A DNA stretch of 64,000 nucleotides from an uncultured delta proteobacterium (GCA_963843145.1 CAWJJC010000028.1:320001-384000), one strand, 5' to 3'; counted from the first letter of the stretch, positions 49,654 through 59,935 are shown. Numbers and translations: made by a program. Notes: generated by a model not told the origin, from the sequence alone.

Positions 49654-50151
49654 ATGATGGGACGATCTTTTTGGCCAATTTTTGACCGGATCCTTGACCT
49701 GCTGGCCGCCCTGGCCGGCCTGATCCTGGTGTTTATCGTCGGGGCCGTTTGTTACTCCATCGGCCTGCGCTATCTGTTTACCCGGACTACGATCTGGATC
49801 CTCCAAACCACCGAATATGCCCTGCTGTGGATCGTTTTTCTTTCCACCGGCTGGCTATTGCGAGAGGGGGGTCACATTACTACCGATATCCTGACCAGCC
49901 AGCTCCCCACGCGGGTCCGACGGATCCTCGACGGCGTCATGTTTATTGTCGGCGGACTGACCTGCGCGCTCCTGGTTTATTTGGGGCTTGTTCATACCTT
50001 GGACTGTATCAGCCATCAGGTAACCGATGTCCGGGCCGTGACCGTTCCCAAGGCAGCGGTCTTCTTTATCATTCCGCTGGGGAGCCTGCTCCTGACCATT
50101 CAGTTCCTGCGGATGGCCTGGGATCGTCTGGTCCGCCGACACGAGGACTAG
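49654..50151 (+). CDS. dctQ: TRAP transporter small permease
   Basis: Four TM segments, GGHITTD; adjacent to dctM and dctP. Confidence 0.9.
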   Translation: MMGRSFWPIFDRILDLLAALAGLILVFIVGAVCYSIGLRYLFTRTTIWILQTTEYALLWIVFLSTGWLLREGGHITTDILTSQLPTRVRRILDGVMFIVGGLTCALLVYLGLVHTLDCISHQVTDVRAVTVPKAAVFFIIPLGSLLLTIQFLRMAWDRLVRRHED

Positions 50152-50154
50152 CCC

Positions 50155-51474
50155 ATGGAATGGTATACGATTATTCTTTTATTGTTCGGGGGCATGGTCC
50201 TGCTGCTGCTGACCGGACTGCCCATTGCCTTTGCCTTTCTGGTGGTGAACATGGTCGGGGCGTATTTTTTTCTGGGGGGGATGCCGGGACTGATCGGGGT
50301 GGCGACCGGAACCTTCACTTCCATTACCACCTTCACCCTGCTTCCCGTACCCTTTTTCATTCTTATGGGAGAACTCATCTTCCATTCCGGCCTGGGACTG
50401 AACGCCGTCAATGTGCTGGACAAATGGCTGGGCAAGGTCCGCGGGCGGCTCTCCATCCTGGCCATCTTTATGGGGGTCATCATCGGGGCCCTCTCCGGTT
50501 CCACCATCGCCACCTGCGCCCTGCTGGGGACCATCCTGCTGCCGGACATGCTGAAAAGAGGCTACAGCAAGAACATGAGTCTCGGCCCGCTCATGGGCGT
50601 CGGCACCGTGGACGCCCTGATCCCCCCCAACGCCCTGACCGTAGTACTGGCCAGCCTGGCCGGCATCGACGTGGGGCAACTGCTGATTGCCGGCATCCTG
50701 CCGGGCATCATCATGTCCGGCCTCTATCTGGTCTACGTCCTCACCCGCTGTCGCCTCAAACCGGAAGAGGCGCCGCTCTACGATGTGCCGCCCGTTCCCT
50801 TGAGGGAAAAGGTGCAAGACACCATCCAATACCTGCTGCCCCTCAGCCTGATTATCTTTATGGTCATCGGTTTCATTTTTCTGGGTATTGCCACTCCCAC
50901 GGAAGCCGCCGCCTCCGGAACTTTGGGGTCCTTTATCCTGGCCGTGGCCTACCGTCGATTAACCTGGGAGCTATTCAAGAAGTCGGTCTACGGGACCGTG
51001 AAAGTCACGGTCATGATCTTCATGATTATCATCGTTTCCAGCACCTATGGTGAAATACTGGCCTTTACGGGTGCGGCTTCCGGGATGACCGAATTCTTGA
51101 CTCACCTCACCATCCCTCCCCTGATGATCGTCATGGGTATGCTGGTGCTGGTGCTGCTGCTCGGCTGTTTCATGGAAACGGTGGCCATCATGATGATCAC
51201 CATCCCCATTTTTATGCCGGTCGTCAACGCCTTCGGTTATAATCCGATCTGGTTCGGGGTCCTCCTGCTGATAGCCCTGGAGACCGGGCTGATCACGCCT
51301 CCTTTCGGGGTGACCCTTTTTGTCATGAAGGGGGTGGCGCCTCCGGAGGTGACCATGGCCGATATCTGGAAAGCAGTTACGCCGTATGTGTTGATCGATA
51401 TTTTGTGTATAGCCTTGATCCTGGCCCTACCGTCCCTGGCCACCCTGGTCCCGGGGCTGATGGGGATGAAGTAA
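50155..51474 (+). CDS. dctM: TRAP transporter large permease
   Basis: GLPIAFA, LIPP, ATPTEAA, ITPPFG. Confidence 0.95.
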   Translation: MEWYTIILLLFGGMVLLLLTGLPIAFAFLVVNMVGAYFFLGGMPGLIGVATGTFTSITTFTLLPVPFFILMGELIFHSGLGLNAVNVLDKWLGKVRGRLSILAIFMGVIIGALSGSTIATCALLGTILLPDMLKRGYSKNMSLGPLMGVGTVDALIPPNALTVVLASLAGIDVGQLLIAGILPGIIMSGLYLVYVLTRCRLKPEEAPLYDVPPVPLREKVQDTIQYLLPLSLIIFMVIGFIFLGIATPTEAAASGTLGSFILAVAYRRLTWELFKKSVYGTVKVTVMIFMIIIVSSTYGEILAFTGAASGMTEFLTHLTIPPLMIVMGMLVLVLLLGCFMETVAIMMITIPIFMPVVNAFGYNPIWFGVLLLIALETGLITPPFGVTLFVMKGVAPPEVTMADIWKAVTPYVLIDILCIALILALPSLATLVPGLMGMK

Positions 51475-51557
51475 GGAGCGGGGAGAGGGACTGGGATCGC
51501 CAAACTCGAAATCCGAAATGAACCCAAATGACTGAATATCAAAAAAGGAGGTAGATT

Positions 51558-52547
51558 ATGAAAAGAAGTGTGGTCTTGACGTGGGTGCTGGCCCTGGCCG
51601 TTTGGGCGGGGACGGCGGGGTGGGCGCAGGCGGAAACTTTGGTCCTCAAGGCGGTGACGGCCTGGCCCAAGACCGCCAGCGAGTACAAGGCCTTCACCAC
51701 CTTTACCGAGCTGGTCGAACAGTTGGTGGCCAAGAAGGCTCCGGGGGAACTGAAGATTCAGTATATCGGGGGGCCGGAGGCGGTGAAGACCCCGGACCAG
51801 GTGCAGGCCCTGCAACGCGGTATGGTGGATATGGTTTTCACCACTACGGCCTATTATGTATCGGTTCTGCCGGAAGTGGACGCCCTGAAGCTGTCCGACT
51901 GGACGCCGGCCGAGGAGCGGACCAACGGCACCTGGGCCTTCATGAATGACCTGCACAAAAAGCTGGGGTTGACCTATGTGGCTCGGCTGGGGCTCGATAT
52001 CAAATTTCATCTCTACCTGAAAAAACCCATTAAAAGCGCCGATCTCAAGGGACTCAACATCCGGGTTTCTCCCATGTACCTGCAGATGATCAAGGGCCTG
52101 GGAGGCAATCCGGTGGTCATCCCGCCGACCGAGGTCTACGTGGCCCTGGAACGGAACGTGGTCGACGGCTATTGTTGGCCGGCCACGGGCATCCGCGATT
52201 GGGGTTGGGACAAACAGACCAAATACGTCGTCGATCCCGGCTTTTACGGGGTCCCCAATCCGCTGCTCATGAACCTGAATACCTGGAACAAGCTGCCCAA
52301 AAAACTTCAGGATATCCTAACCGAAGCAGCGACCGAAGCGGAAAAAAAGGTGGTCGCCCAATTCGAGGAATTGGCGAAAAAAGAACGGCCCATCCTGGTG
52401 AAAGAGGGGATCCAGGTCATCGACCTGCCGGCGCCGGAAAAAGAAAAATTCCTCAAGGTGGCCAACGAAGCGGGCTGGAAGGACGTGCTGCAAAAGAACC
52501 CCAAGACCGGTCCGGAATTGAAGAAACTATTGACCAAACAGAGGTAA
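51558..52547 (+). CDS. dctP: TRAP substrate-binding protein
   Basis: Signal peptide; DLKGLNIR, EVYVALERNVVDG; AGGAGG RBS. Confidence 0.93.
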   Translation: MKRSVVLTWVLALAVWAGTAGWAQAETLVLKAVTAWPKTASEYKAFTTFTELVEQLVAKKAPGELKIQYIGGPEAVKTPDQVQALQRGMVDMVFTTTAYYVSVLPEVDALKLSDWTPAEERTNGTWAFMNDLHKKLGLTYVARLGLDIKFHLYLKKPIKSADLKGLNIRVSPMYLQMIKGLGGNPVVIPPTEVYVALERNVVDGYCWPATGIRDWGWDKQTKYVVDPGFYGVPNPLLMNLNTWNKLPKKLQDILTEAATEAEKKVVAQFEELAKKERPILVKEGIQVIDLPAPEKEKFLKVANEAGWKDVLQKNPKTGPELKKLLTKQR

Positions 52548-52550
52548 ACC

Positions 52551-53930
52551 TTGGACGAAAGGCTTAAAAAAAACCTGATCGGCCTTGTCGGCCGAGAAAA
52601 TGTTTCCGAGGCCCTGGTAGATCGGATCAACTGTTCGCAGGATTTTTCAGAACATCGCCACCTCCCTGAGGGGACCGTCTGGCCGACTAGCACGGAACAG
52701 GTCTCGGCCGTCCTCCGACTGGCCAATCAGAAACTAATCCCGGTCACCCCCCGAGGGGCGGGCACGGGGGCCACGGGTATGGCCGTGCCCTGCCGGGGGG
52801 GAATCGTCCTCGACCTGGTGCGGATGAATAAAATTTTGAAGATCAGTATTGAAGACCGCTTAGCCGTGGTCCAGCCGGGGGTAGTCTACGCCGACCTGCA
52901 AAGGGCCCTGGGCCGCTTTGGTTTTTTCTTTCCGCCTGATCCGGCCTCGGGCAAAGTGGCTACCCTCGGCGGAAATGTGGCCACCAATGCCGGAGGCATC
53001 AAGGGGGCGAAGTACGGGACCACCAAGGATTATGTGCTCGGGTTGGAAGTGGTTCTTCCCGACGGACGGGTCATGCGCACCGGCTCCAACTGTATGAAGT
53101 CGGTCTCCGGCTACGGCCTGACCCAACTCCTGGTAGCCTCCGAGGGGACTCTGGGGGTGATTACCGAGATCCGACTCAAGATCAATCCACTGCCCGGCGC
53201 CACTTCCACCGGTTTGGCCGCCTTTGACCGGTTGCGGGACGCAGGCCAGGCCGTCACCCAAATTATGTATTCCGGGATTATCCCCAGTGTCTGTGAAATC
53301 CTGGACCGCCGGACCATTGAGCTTCTTCTTCGCCATACCGAAGCGCATTTACCACCGGCGGAGGCGGTCATTTTGGTAGAAACCGACGGCTATACCCCGG
53401 CGGAGACCGAATTTCAAATGAATAAAATCATCGAGGTTTTTCAAAAGAACCGGGCGGTTCAAATCAAGGAAGCCGCTTCGGCCGCCGAAGCAGAAAGTCT
53501 CTGGTCCGCCCGCAAATCCCTGGGCAGTGTGATTATGCGCTTAAAACCGAACTTTTTGGTGGAGGACGTGACCGTTCCCATGTCCAGGATTACTGATCTC
53601 CTGGAAGGGATTGAGACTATCGGCGGTCACTATGGCCTGGACCTGGTCACCTTCGGCCATGCCGGCGACGGGAATCTCCATCCCCACGTCATGTACGACG
53701 GTGCCAACCGGGAAGAAGTGAACCGGGTGCACCAGGCGGCGGCCGACCTCTTCCGGCTGACCTGTCAACTCGGTGGAACGCTGACCGGGGAGCATGGCAT
53801 CGGGTTGAGCAAGGCTCCCTTCATGTCCCTGGAGCACGATCCGGTGGCCTTGGAGATGATGCGCGCCCTAAAGCGGGTTTTCGATCCGGAGAATATCCTC
53901 AATCCGGGAAAGATGGGGCTGGAGGTTTAA
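52551..53930 (+). CDS. FAD-linked 2-hydroxyacid dehydrogenase, GlcD-like
   Basis: PRGAGTG, PDPAS..ATLGGN, SEGTLG, GHAGDGNLH, GEHGIG, NPGK. Confidence 0.94.
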   Translation: MDERLKKNLIGLVGRENVSEALVDRINCSQDFSEHRHLPEGTVWPTSTEQVSAVLRLANQKLIPVTPRGAGTGATGMAVPCRGGIVLDLVRMNKILKISIEDRLAVVQPGVVYADLQRALGRFGFFFPPDPASGKVATLGGNVATNAGGIKGAKYGTTKDYVLGLEVVLPDGRVMRTGSNCMKSVSGYGLTQLLVASEGTLGVITEIRLKINPLPGATSTGLAAFDRLRDAGQAVTQIMYSGIIPSVCEILDRRTIELLLRHTEAHLPPAEAVILVETDGYTPAETEFQMNKIIEVFQKNRAVQIKEAASAAEAESLWSARKSLGSVIMRLKPNFLVEDVTVPMSRITDLLEGIETIGGHYGLDLVTFGHAGDGNLHPHVMYDGANREEVNRVHQAAADLFRLTCQLGGTLTGEHGIGLSKAPFMSLEHDPVALEMMRALKRVFDPENILNPGKMGLEV

Positions 53931-55049
53931 ATGGCGGGTGGCTCGACTCTCGGGGAGAGATACCGGGATCAGATTTCCCGCTGTTCGCGTTGCGGATTTT
54001 GTCAGGTTTCCTGCCCGGTGTATGGGGCCACGCTCCGGCCGGCGGTCAACCCCCGGGGAAAGATGCTTATTCTCAAGGAGCTTATGGAAGGGCGGCTGGC
54101 CTTCGACCAGGACCTGCAGGAAGTTTTCTATCAGTGTACCCTTTGCGCCAATTGCGCCTTGAATTGTCCCGCCGGGGTTGATGTGGCCAAGGTCCTCCTG
54201 GAGGCCCGGAAAGAGATGGTCAGGACGGGGAACGGTCACCCGGTATTCGCAGGGCTCCAACAGGTCCTGGCCGGGCAGGATAATATCTATGGGGAAGAGC
54301 GGGGGGATCATTTCGGAAGGGAAAAGAATAAGCGCGCCGAATACGTTTTCTTTGTCGGTTGCGTAGGGTCTTTCCGGGAAATCGAATCCACTCGGCAAAT
54401 CCTGGCCCTTCTGGACCGACTGAAGGTGGATTACACCTTGATCGACGAGTCCTGCTGCCGCGGCATCCTGGAAGAGGTCGGTTACCCGATCGGTGAGGGT
54501 CGGATCAGGGAAAATTGTCAGCGCATATTTGAGACGGGGGCTAAAACCGTCATTACCGGCTGTCCCTACTGCTTTCGGACTTTTAACCGGACCCCGGCTT
54601 ACGGGCCGCTCAGGGATCGGGGAATCGAGATTGTTCATCTGACTCAGTTTTTGGAGGCCTTAGACTTCGGCATCACCACGAAAAAAAGGATCACCTACCA
54701 TGATCCCTGTGACCTGGGGAGGCACTCAAAGCTTTACGCCGAACCCCGCCGGATCATCCAGCGGATTGCCCCGAACTTTGTGGAAATGGCGCACAACCAG
54801 GACCAAGCCCTCTGCTGCGGTGCGGGAGGAGGGATGCGGGCCGCTTATCCCGGGATGTCCATTAAAATGGCCGGCATTTGTTTGCGGGAGGCCACGGATA
54901 GTGGGGCCGATATACTTTTGACCAATTGCAACTCCTGTTTACACAATTTGTCCAATGCCCAAAAAAGATATTCCTTTTTTCGGAAAGATAAATTAAGCCT
55001 TTATACCCTGGGCCAATACCTCAATCTCCTCCTGGATGGGGCCGATTGA
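53931..55049 (+). CDS. Fe-S/CCG-domain oxidoreductase subunit, GlcF-like
   Basis: CSRCGFC...CP, CTLCANC...CP, YHDPC, CCGAGGG. Confidence 0.93.
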   Translation: MAGGSTLGERYRDQISRCSRCGFCQVSCPVYGATLRPAVNPRGKMLILKELMEGRLAFDQDLQEVFYQCTLCANCALNCPAGVDVAKVLLEARKEMVRTGNGHPVFAGLQQVLAGQDNIYGEERGDHFGREKNKRAEYVFFVGCVGSFREIESTRQILALLDRLKVDYTLIDESCCRGILEEVGYPIGEGRIRENCQRIFETGAKTVITGCPYCFRTFNRTPAYGPLRDRGIEIVHLTQFLEALDFGITTKKRITYHDPCDLGRHSKLYAEPRRIIQRIAPNFVEMAHNQDQALCCGAGGGMRAAYPGMSIKMAGICLREATDSGADILLTNCNSCLHNLSNAQKRYSFFRKDKLSLYTLGQYLNLLLDGAD

Positions 55050-55143
55050 ACCGGGAAGGAGAGGGGAAGGTAAACTCAGCGCTTAGATCGGAACTTGTCA
55101 AGGGATATTAAATGGTTCCATGGCCAGGGGCTTCCTTTTTTGC

Positions 55144-55173
55144 TTGACAATTTTTTAGCTCAGCCAGTATACT
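55144..55173 (+). promoter_or_regulatory. Sigma70-type promoter of the second TRAP operon
   Basis: TTGACA-18 nt-TATACT. Confidence 0.6.
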
Positions 55174-55332
55174 CCCGGCATGACTATATTATAATTATAA
55201 TGTATTTAATTTATGGCGATAAACAGGAACTTTGGGCGAAAAAGGAGGTGAGGGAGGCGAATTAGCAAGCCTTCATATCCATTGGCCGGATCGCACGCTT
55301 AACAGTCGATAACCATTCAGAGGAGGTAAGGC

Positions 55333-56355
55333 ATGTTTAAAAAAGGATTATCTTTTATGGTTGGAGGGTGTTTTTTTCTTTCCATTCTTTTGCTTGGGGT
55401 TAGCCCTTCTCAGGCCAAGACGATCGAACTTACCTATTCCATTTTCTTTCCCGCTACCCATACCCATACGGTATTAGCAACCGAATGGGCTAAGGAGATA
55501 GAAAAACGGACCAACGGGGCAGTAAAGATTACCATGTTTCCGGGCGCCACGTTGACGCCGGCCAACCAGTGCTACGATGGCGTAGTTAAAGGGATCTCGG
55601 ACATCGGCATGTCGGTGCTTAGTTACACGGCCGGGCGTTTTCCCTTAACGGAGGTCATCGACATGCCGCTGGGATATAAAAGCGGCTCCCAGGCCACCCG
55701 GTTGTGCAATGCCTACTACCAAAAGTTTCAACCCAAGGAATTGGACGATGTCAAGGTGATGTACCTTCATGGGCACGGTCCGGGCCTCCTCAATACCCGG
55801 GATAAACCAATATCTAAAATGGAAGAACTGAAGGGAATGAAGATCCGCTGCACCGGGACTACCGCCAAACTGGTCTCCCATTTAGGGGCCACGCCGGTGG
55901 CCATGCCCCAGACCGAGACCTACGATGCCGTCCAGAAAGGGGTGGTGGAAGGCCTGATGTCGCCTATTGAAACGTTAAAGGGATGGAAATTCGCGGAAGT
56001 GGTTAAATATACCACGTTGAACTACGGCACAGCCTATTCCATGGCCTTCTTTGTGGTCATGAACAAACAAAAGTGGGCCTCTTTGCCCAAAGAAGTCCAA
56101 ACGGTCATTCAGAAGGTGAATGAGGAATGGATCGAAAAAACGGCCAAGGCCTGGGACGATATTGATAAGTCCGGCCTGGAATTTGCCAAGTCCAAGGGGC
56201 ATCAATTTATACCCTTGTCCAAGCAGGAAGACGAACGCTGGGCCCAGGCGGCCCGGCCCATGTTTGCCGAATATGCTCAGGCCATGAAAGGCAAGGGACT
56301 GCCCGGCGAAGAAGCTTTGAATTTTTGCTTAACCTGGTTGAAGAAAAATCCCTAA
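55333..56355 (+). CDS. dctP: TRAP substrate-binding protein
   Basis: Signal peptide; GRFPL, LKGMKIR, YDAVQKGVVEG. Confidence 0.94.
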   Translation: MFKKGLSFMVGGCFFLSILLLGVSPSQAKTIELTYSIFFPATHTHTVLATEWAKEIEKRTNGAVKITMFPGATLTPANQCYDGVVKGISDIGMSVLSYTAGRFPLTEVIDMPLGYKSGSQATRLCNAYYQKFQPKELDDVKVMYLHGHGPGLLNTRDKPISKMEELKGMKIRCTGTTAKLVSHLGATPVAMPQTETYDAVQKGVVEGLMSPIETLKGWKFAEVVKYTTLNYGTAYSMAFFVVMNKQKWASLPKEVQTVIQKVNEEWIEKTAKAWDDIDKSGLEFAKSKGHQFIPLSKQEDERWAQAARPMFAEYAQAMKGKGLPGEEALNFCLTWLKKNP

Positions 56356-56379
56356 ATTTAATCGTTGGCCCTCCGATTC

Positions 56380-56430
56380 GGTATTCCCTTCGACCTTCCA
56401 GAGCCGGGAGGTTAAAGGGAATACCATTTC
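56380..56430 (+). terminator. Intercistronic hairpin after dctP
   Basis: GGTATTCCCTT...AAGGGAATACC. Confidence 0.5.
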
Positions 56431-56465
56431 AATAAACAATTTGTTCTAGCCAGGGGAGCAGCCCC

Positions 56466-56945
56466 ATGAATATTTTGGTTAATAGCATCCACAAAGTTTC
56501 CCGCCTCATGTACTGGATCGCGGGAATCGCCTTGGCCGGGATCATGTCTTTGACCGTGGCCGACGTCTTTTTGCGGTATTTTAAGCTGCCCATTGAAGGG
56601 ACTTTTGAGATCGTCTCTTTAATGGGGGCAGTGGTTATTGGCTTTGCCATTCCCCAGACCACCATTGAACGCGGGCACGTACTGATGGATTTTTTGACCG
56701 AACGACTTTCCTTTGGCGGGCAGCGGGTCCTGCACCTGGTTACCCGATTATTGGGCAGCTTTACTTTTTTGATCATCGGCTGGAACCTTTTTAAGCTGGG
56801 TAACGATCATCTGGCCAACGGCCAGGTCACTTTGACGTTGAAATTCCCTGAATACCCGGTGGCTTATGGGATCGCCTTTTGCTGTCTCTTGGAGTCTCTG
56901 GTTTTGTTGACTGACCTGATCAAAAAAAAGGGGGCGGAAGTATGA
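56466..56945 (+). CDS. dctQ: TRAP transporter small permease
   Basis: DVFLRY, RGHVLMD, four TM segments. Confidence 0.9.
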   Translation: MNILVNSIHKVSRLMYWIAGIALAGIMSLTVADVFLRYFKLPIEGTFEIVSLMGAVVIGFAIPQTTIERGHVLMDFLTERLSFGGQRVLHLVTRLLGSFTFLIIGWNLFKLGNDHLANGQVTLTLKFPEYPVAYGIAFCCLLESLVLLTDLIKKKGAEV

Positions 56946-58243
56946 GTTTCGGTATCATCGGCCTGCTGACGGTAATTCTCCTGTTTGTCCTCTTTCTTTT
57001 GGGCCTGGAAATCGGTTTTTCCATGGCCCTGGCCGGATTTATCGGTTTTGCCGCTATCGTCAATGTCCCCGCGGCCCTGAACCTGGTGGCCAAGGACATT
57101 TATAGTGTCTTTTCCTCCTACGGGTTCACGGTCATACCTCTCTTTGTCTTGATGGGACAAATAGGGGCCAGCGGCGGGGTGGCCCGAAATCTCTATGACG
57201 CAGCCTATAAATTTATCGGCCATATCCCGGGAGGGCTGGCCATCGGGACCGTCGGGGCCGCCACGGCCTTCAAGGCCATCTGCGGTTCCTCTCCGGCCAC
57301 GGCCGCCACTTTTGCCACCATCGCCGTCCCGGAGATGGACCGCTATGGTTATGACAAACGGCTTTCTTGCGGTACCGTGGCTACCGTCGGGACCCTGGGA
57401 GTTTTAATCCCGCCCAGCGTAACCCTGATCATCTACGGCATCCTGACCGAGACCTCCATCGGCAAGTTATTTTTAGCAGGGATCATCCCCGGATTGATCA
57501 TCGCTTTTTCTTTTGTGGTTACCCTCTACGGGTGGTGCAAAATCAACCCCAAGCTGGGGCCCAAGGGGCGTAAATCCACCTGGAAGGAACGGTTCGCCTC
57601 TTTGCCCCAGGTCTTTTGGGTGGCCGTGATTTTTGTCCTGGTGGTCGGGGGGTTGATGTGGGGTTTTTTTACCCCAACCGAGGCCGGCAGTATCGGGACC
57701 TTTGCGGTGCTCATCCTCACCCTGGCTAAAAGGGATATGAACCTGAAGCGTTTTATCAAGGCGATTCAGGATACCTTGCGGATCAGTTGCATGGTGATTA
57801 CCCTGATCGCCGGGGCCACTATTCTGGGTCATTTTTTCGCGGTGACCCGGACCCCTTATCTCGTGGCCGATTGGCTGGGCGGCCTGCCTTTGGATCGTAA
57901 TCTGATCATGATTCTCATTTTTGTTATTTATCTGATCGGCGGCTCCTTCATCGAGGACTTGGCTTTTCTCATCCTGGCTACCCCCATTTTTCTGCCCTTG
58001 GTCCTCAAATTGGGGTATGACCCGGTGTGGTTCGGGGTCATCGTCTGCGTCATTACCATGATCGGCATCATCCTGCCGCCCATGGCCATCAATGTCTTTG
58101 TTGTCGCCGGGGTAACGAAGGTGCCCATCGGCACCATTTATAAAGGCATTTACCCCTTTATTGTGGGCATGTACATTTGTCTATTTATTTTTCTGTTTTT
58201 CCCCCAGATCTCCCTCTGGCTGCCTAATTTAATTATGAAATGA
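56942..58243 (+). CDS. dctM: TRAP transporter large permease
   Basis: IPLFVLMG, LIPPS, FTPTEAG, DPVWFG. Confidence 0.95.
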   Translation: MSFGIIGLLTVILLFVLFLLGLEIGFSMALAGFIGFAAIVNVPAALNLVAKDIYSVFSSYGFTVIPLFVLMGQIGASGGVARNLYDAAYKFIGHIPGGLAIGTVGAATAFKAICGSSPATAATFATIAVPEMDRYGYDKRLSCGTVATVGTLGVLIPPSVTLIIYGILTETSIGKLFLAGIIPGLIIAFSFVVTLYGWCKINPKLGPKGRKSTWKERFASLPQVFWVAVIFVLVVGGLMWGFFTPTEAGSIGTFAVLILTLAKRDMNLKRFIKAIQDTLRISCMVITLIAGATILGHFFAVTRTPYLVADWLGGLPLDRNLIMILIFVIYLIGGSFIEDLAFLILATPIFLPLVLKLGYDPVWFGVIVCVITMIGIILPPMAINVFVVAGVTKVPIGTIYKGIYPFIVGMYICLFIFLFFPQISLWLPNLIMK

Positions 58244-58255
58244 GGCGAGGTGGCT

Positions 58256-59725
58256 ATGAATCCCTTCAAGGTGCTATTCGTTTCACCGGAAGTCGTGCCT
58301 TTTGCCAAAACCGGCGGGTTGGCCGATGTGGCCGGTTCACTGCCCAAGGCGTTGAAAAGATTAGGCTGCGATGTGCGTCTGGTCATGCCGCTCTACCGCA
58401 TGGTCCGGCAGGGCAATTTCTCTCTGAAAAAAACACTGGAGGGGATCCGGGTCCCGGTGGGCGGACGGACCATTGAAGTGGATATTTACGAATCGACCCT
58501 GGCGGAAGGACTCCCGGTTTATTTTATTGAGCGGGATGAATTTTTCGATCGCAGTTACCTTTACGGCACTTCTCGAGGGGACTATTTTGACAACGACCAG
58601 CGCTTCGTCCTCTTCTGCCAGGCAACCCTGGCCCTGGCTCCCCTGATCTCCTTTCAACCGGATGTCTTTCATGGCCACGACTGGCAGACGGGTTTGATTC
58701 CGGCCTACTTGCATTTCCTTCGGACCCGGGACTCCTTTTGGGCCAACACGGCCAGTATTTTCACCATCCACAATATCGCCTATCAGGGGATATTTGACCC
58801 GGACATCATCCCTCTGGCCGGCCTGCCCTGGGAGACCTACAACCCTTCCGGACTGGAATTCTGGGGATCGGTCAACCTCTTGAAGTCTGGGATCGTCTAC
58901 AGCCAGATCATCAATACCGTAAGCCGGAAATACGGTCAGGAAATCCAAACCGAAGAATACGGATACGGTTTGGAGGGGATTCTCTCGTACCGTCGGAATG
59001 ACCTTTTCGGCATCATCAATGGCGTTGATTATGAGTCCTGGAACCCCCAAACAGACCCCTTAATCGCCGCTGCTTTTGGGGCAGACGACCTTTCGGGGAA
59101 AATGGCCTGCAAGGTCGATCTGCTGAAGCAATTCAACCTTTCGGAGGAACGGCAGGTCTATCCGCTATTGGGGGTTATCTCCCGCCTGGCCGACCAGAAA
59201 GGGTTTGACCTGCTGGCCGCAGTCATGGACCGACTGATCGAGAAAGAGGTAACCCTGGTAGTTCTGGGAACAGGTGAGGAGAAATACCATCAACTCTTTT
59301 CCGATCTGGCGGCGAAGTTCCCCCAAAAAATCGGCCTGCGATTGGCTTATGATAACACCCTGGCTCACAAAATTGAGGCCGGGAGCGATATGTTCCTCAT
59401 GCCTTCCCGTTACGAACCCTGTGGGTTGAATCAGATATACAGCCTGAAATACGGAACGATTCCCATTGTGCGGGCTACCGGCGGCCTGGACGATACCATC
59501 CAGCCTTTCAAATCCCTGGATCAGTCGGGTACCGGGTTTAAATTCCAGGAATACCAGGCCGAGGCCTTCTGGCAGTCTCTGGAGGAGGCTTTGGAAACCT
59601 ATGGAATTCCCCATCTCTGGCGGGCGCTGATGCGCAATGCCATGTCCCAGGACTTTTCCTGGGAGAATTCCGCCCGCGAGTACCTGCGCCTGTATCAACT
59701 GGCCCGGGATCGTCTCAGCGCTTGA
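58256..59725 (+). CDS. glgA: Glycogen synthase
   Basis: KTGGLADV, HDWQ, TIHN.AYQG, QKG, PSRYEPCGL. Confidence 0.97.
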   Translation: MNPFKVLFVSPEVVPFAKTGGLADVAGSLPKALKRLGCDVRLVMPLYRMVRQGNFSLKKTLEGIRVPVGGRTIEVDIYESTLAEGLPVYFIERDEFFDRSYLYGTSRGDYFDNDQRFVLFCQATLALAPLISFQPDVFHGHDWQTGLIPAYLHFLRTRDSFWANTASIFTIHNIAYQGIFDPDIIPLAGLPWETYNPSGLEFWGSVNLLKSGIVYSQIINTVSRKYGQEIQTEEYGYGLEGILSYRRNDLFGIINGVDYESWNPQTDPLIAAAFGADDLSGKMACKVDLLKQFNLSEERQVYPLLGVISRLADQKGFDLLAAVMDRLIEKEVTLVVLGTGEEKYHQLFSDLAAKFPQKIGLRLAYDNTLAHKIEAGSDMFLMPSRYEPCGLNQIYSLKYGTIPIVRATGGLDDTIQPFKSLDQSGTGFKFQEYQAEAFWQSLEEALETYGIPHLWRALMRNAMSQDFSWENSAREYLRLYQLARDRLSA

Positions 59726-59744
59726 GAAAATCGGCAGGGAGGTT

Positions 59745-59892
59745 CGACCTGAGTGACTCGACTAAGCCTTTTCGGCAAGCTCAAGGCCCTGAGCGACTCG
59801 ACTGAGCCTTTTCGGGAAGCTCAAGGCCCTGAGCCTGTCGAAGGGCTCGCCGAAGTCCTGTCGAAGGGCTCGTCGACAAGTCTCGCCGCTGG
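59745..59892. repeat. REP-like cluster with an internal 40-bp tandem duplication
   Basis: GACTCGACTRAGCCTTTTCGGSAAGCTCAAGGCCCTGAGC x2 and CCTGTCGAAGGGCTCG x2; same family as 908-997. Confidence 0.8.
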
Positions 59893-59935
59893 GTCTCATC
59901 GCCGGCCGATACAAAAACGAAGCTCTAAAATCCAA

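Noticed and set aside
59745-59892. Tandem 40-bp repeats as a possible CRISPR array
   Set aside because: There are no unique spacers and no cas genes; the sequence belongs to the dispersed REP-like family.
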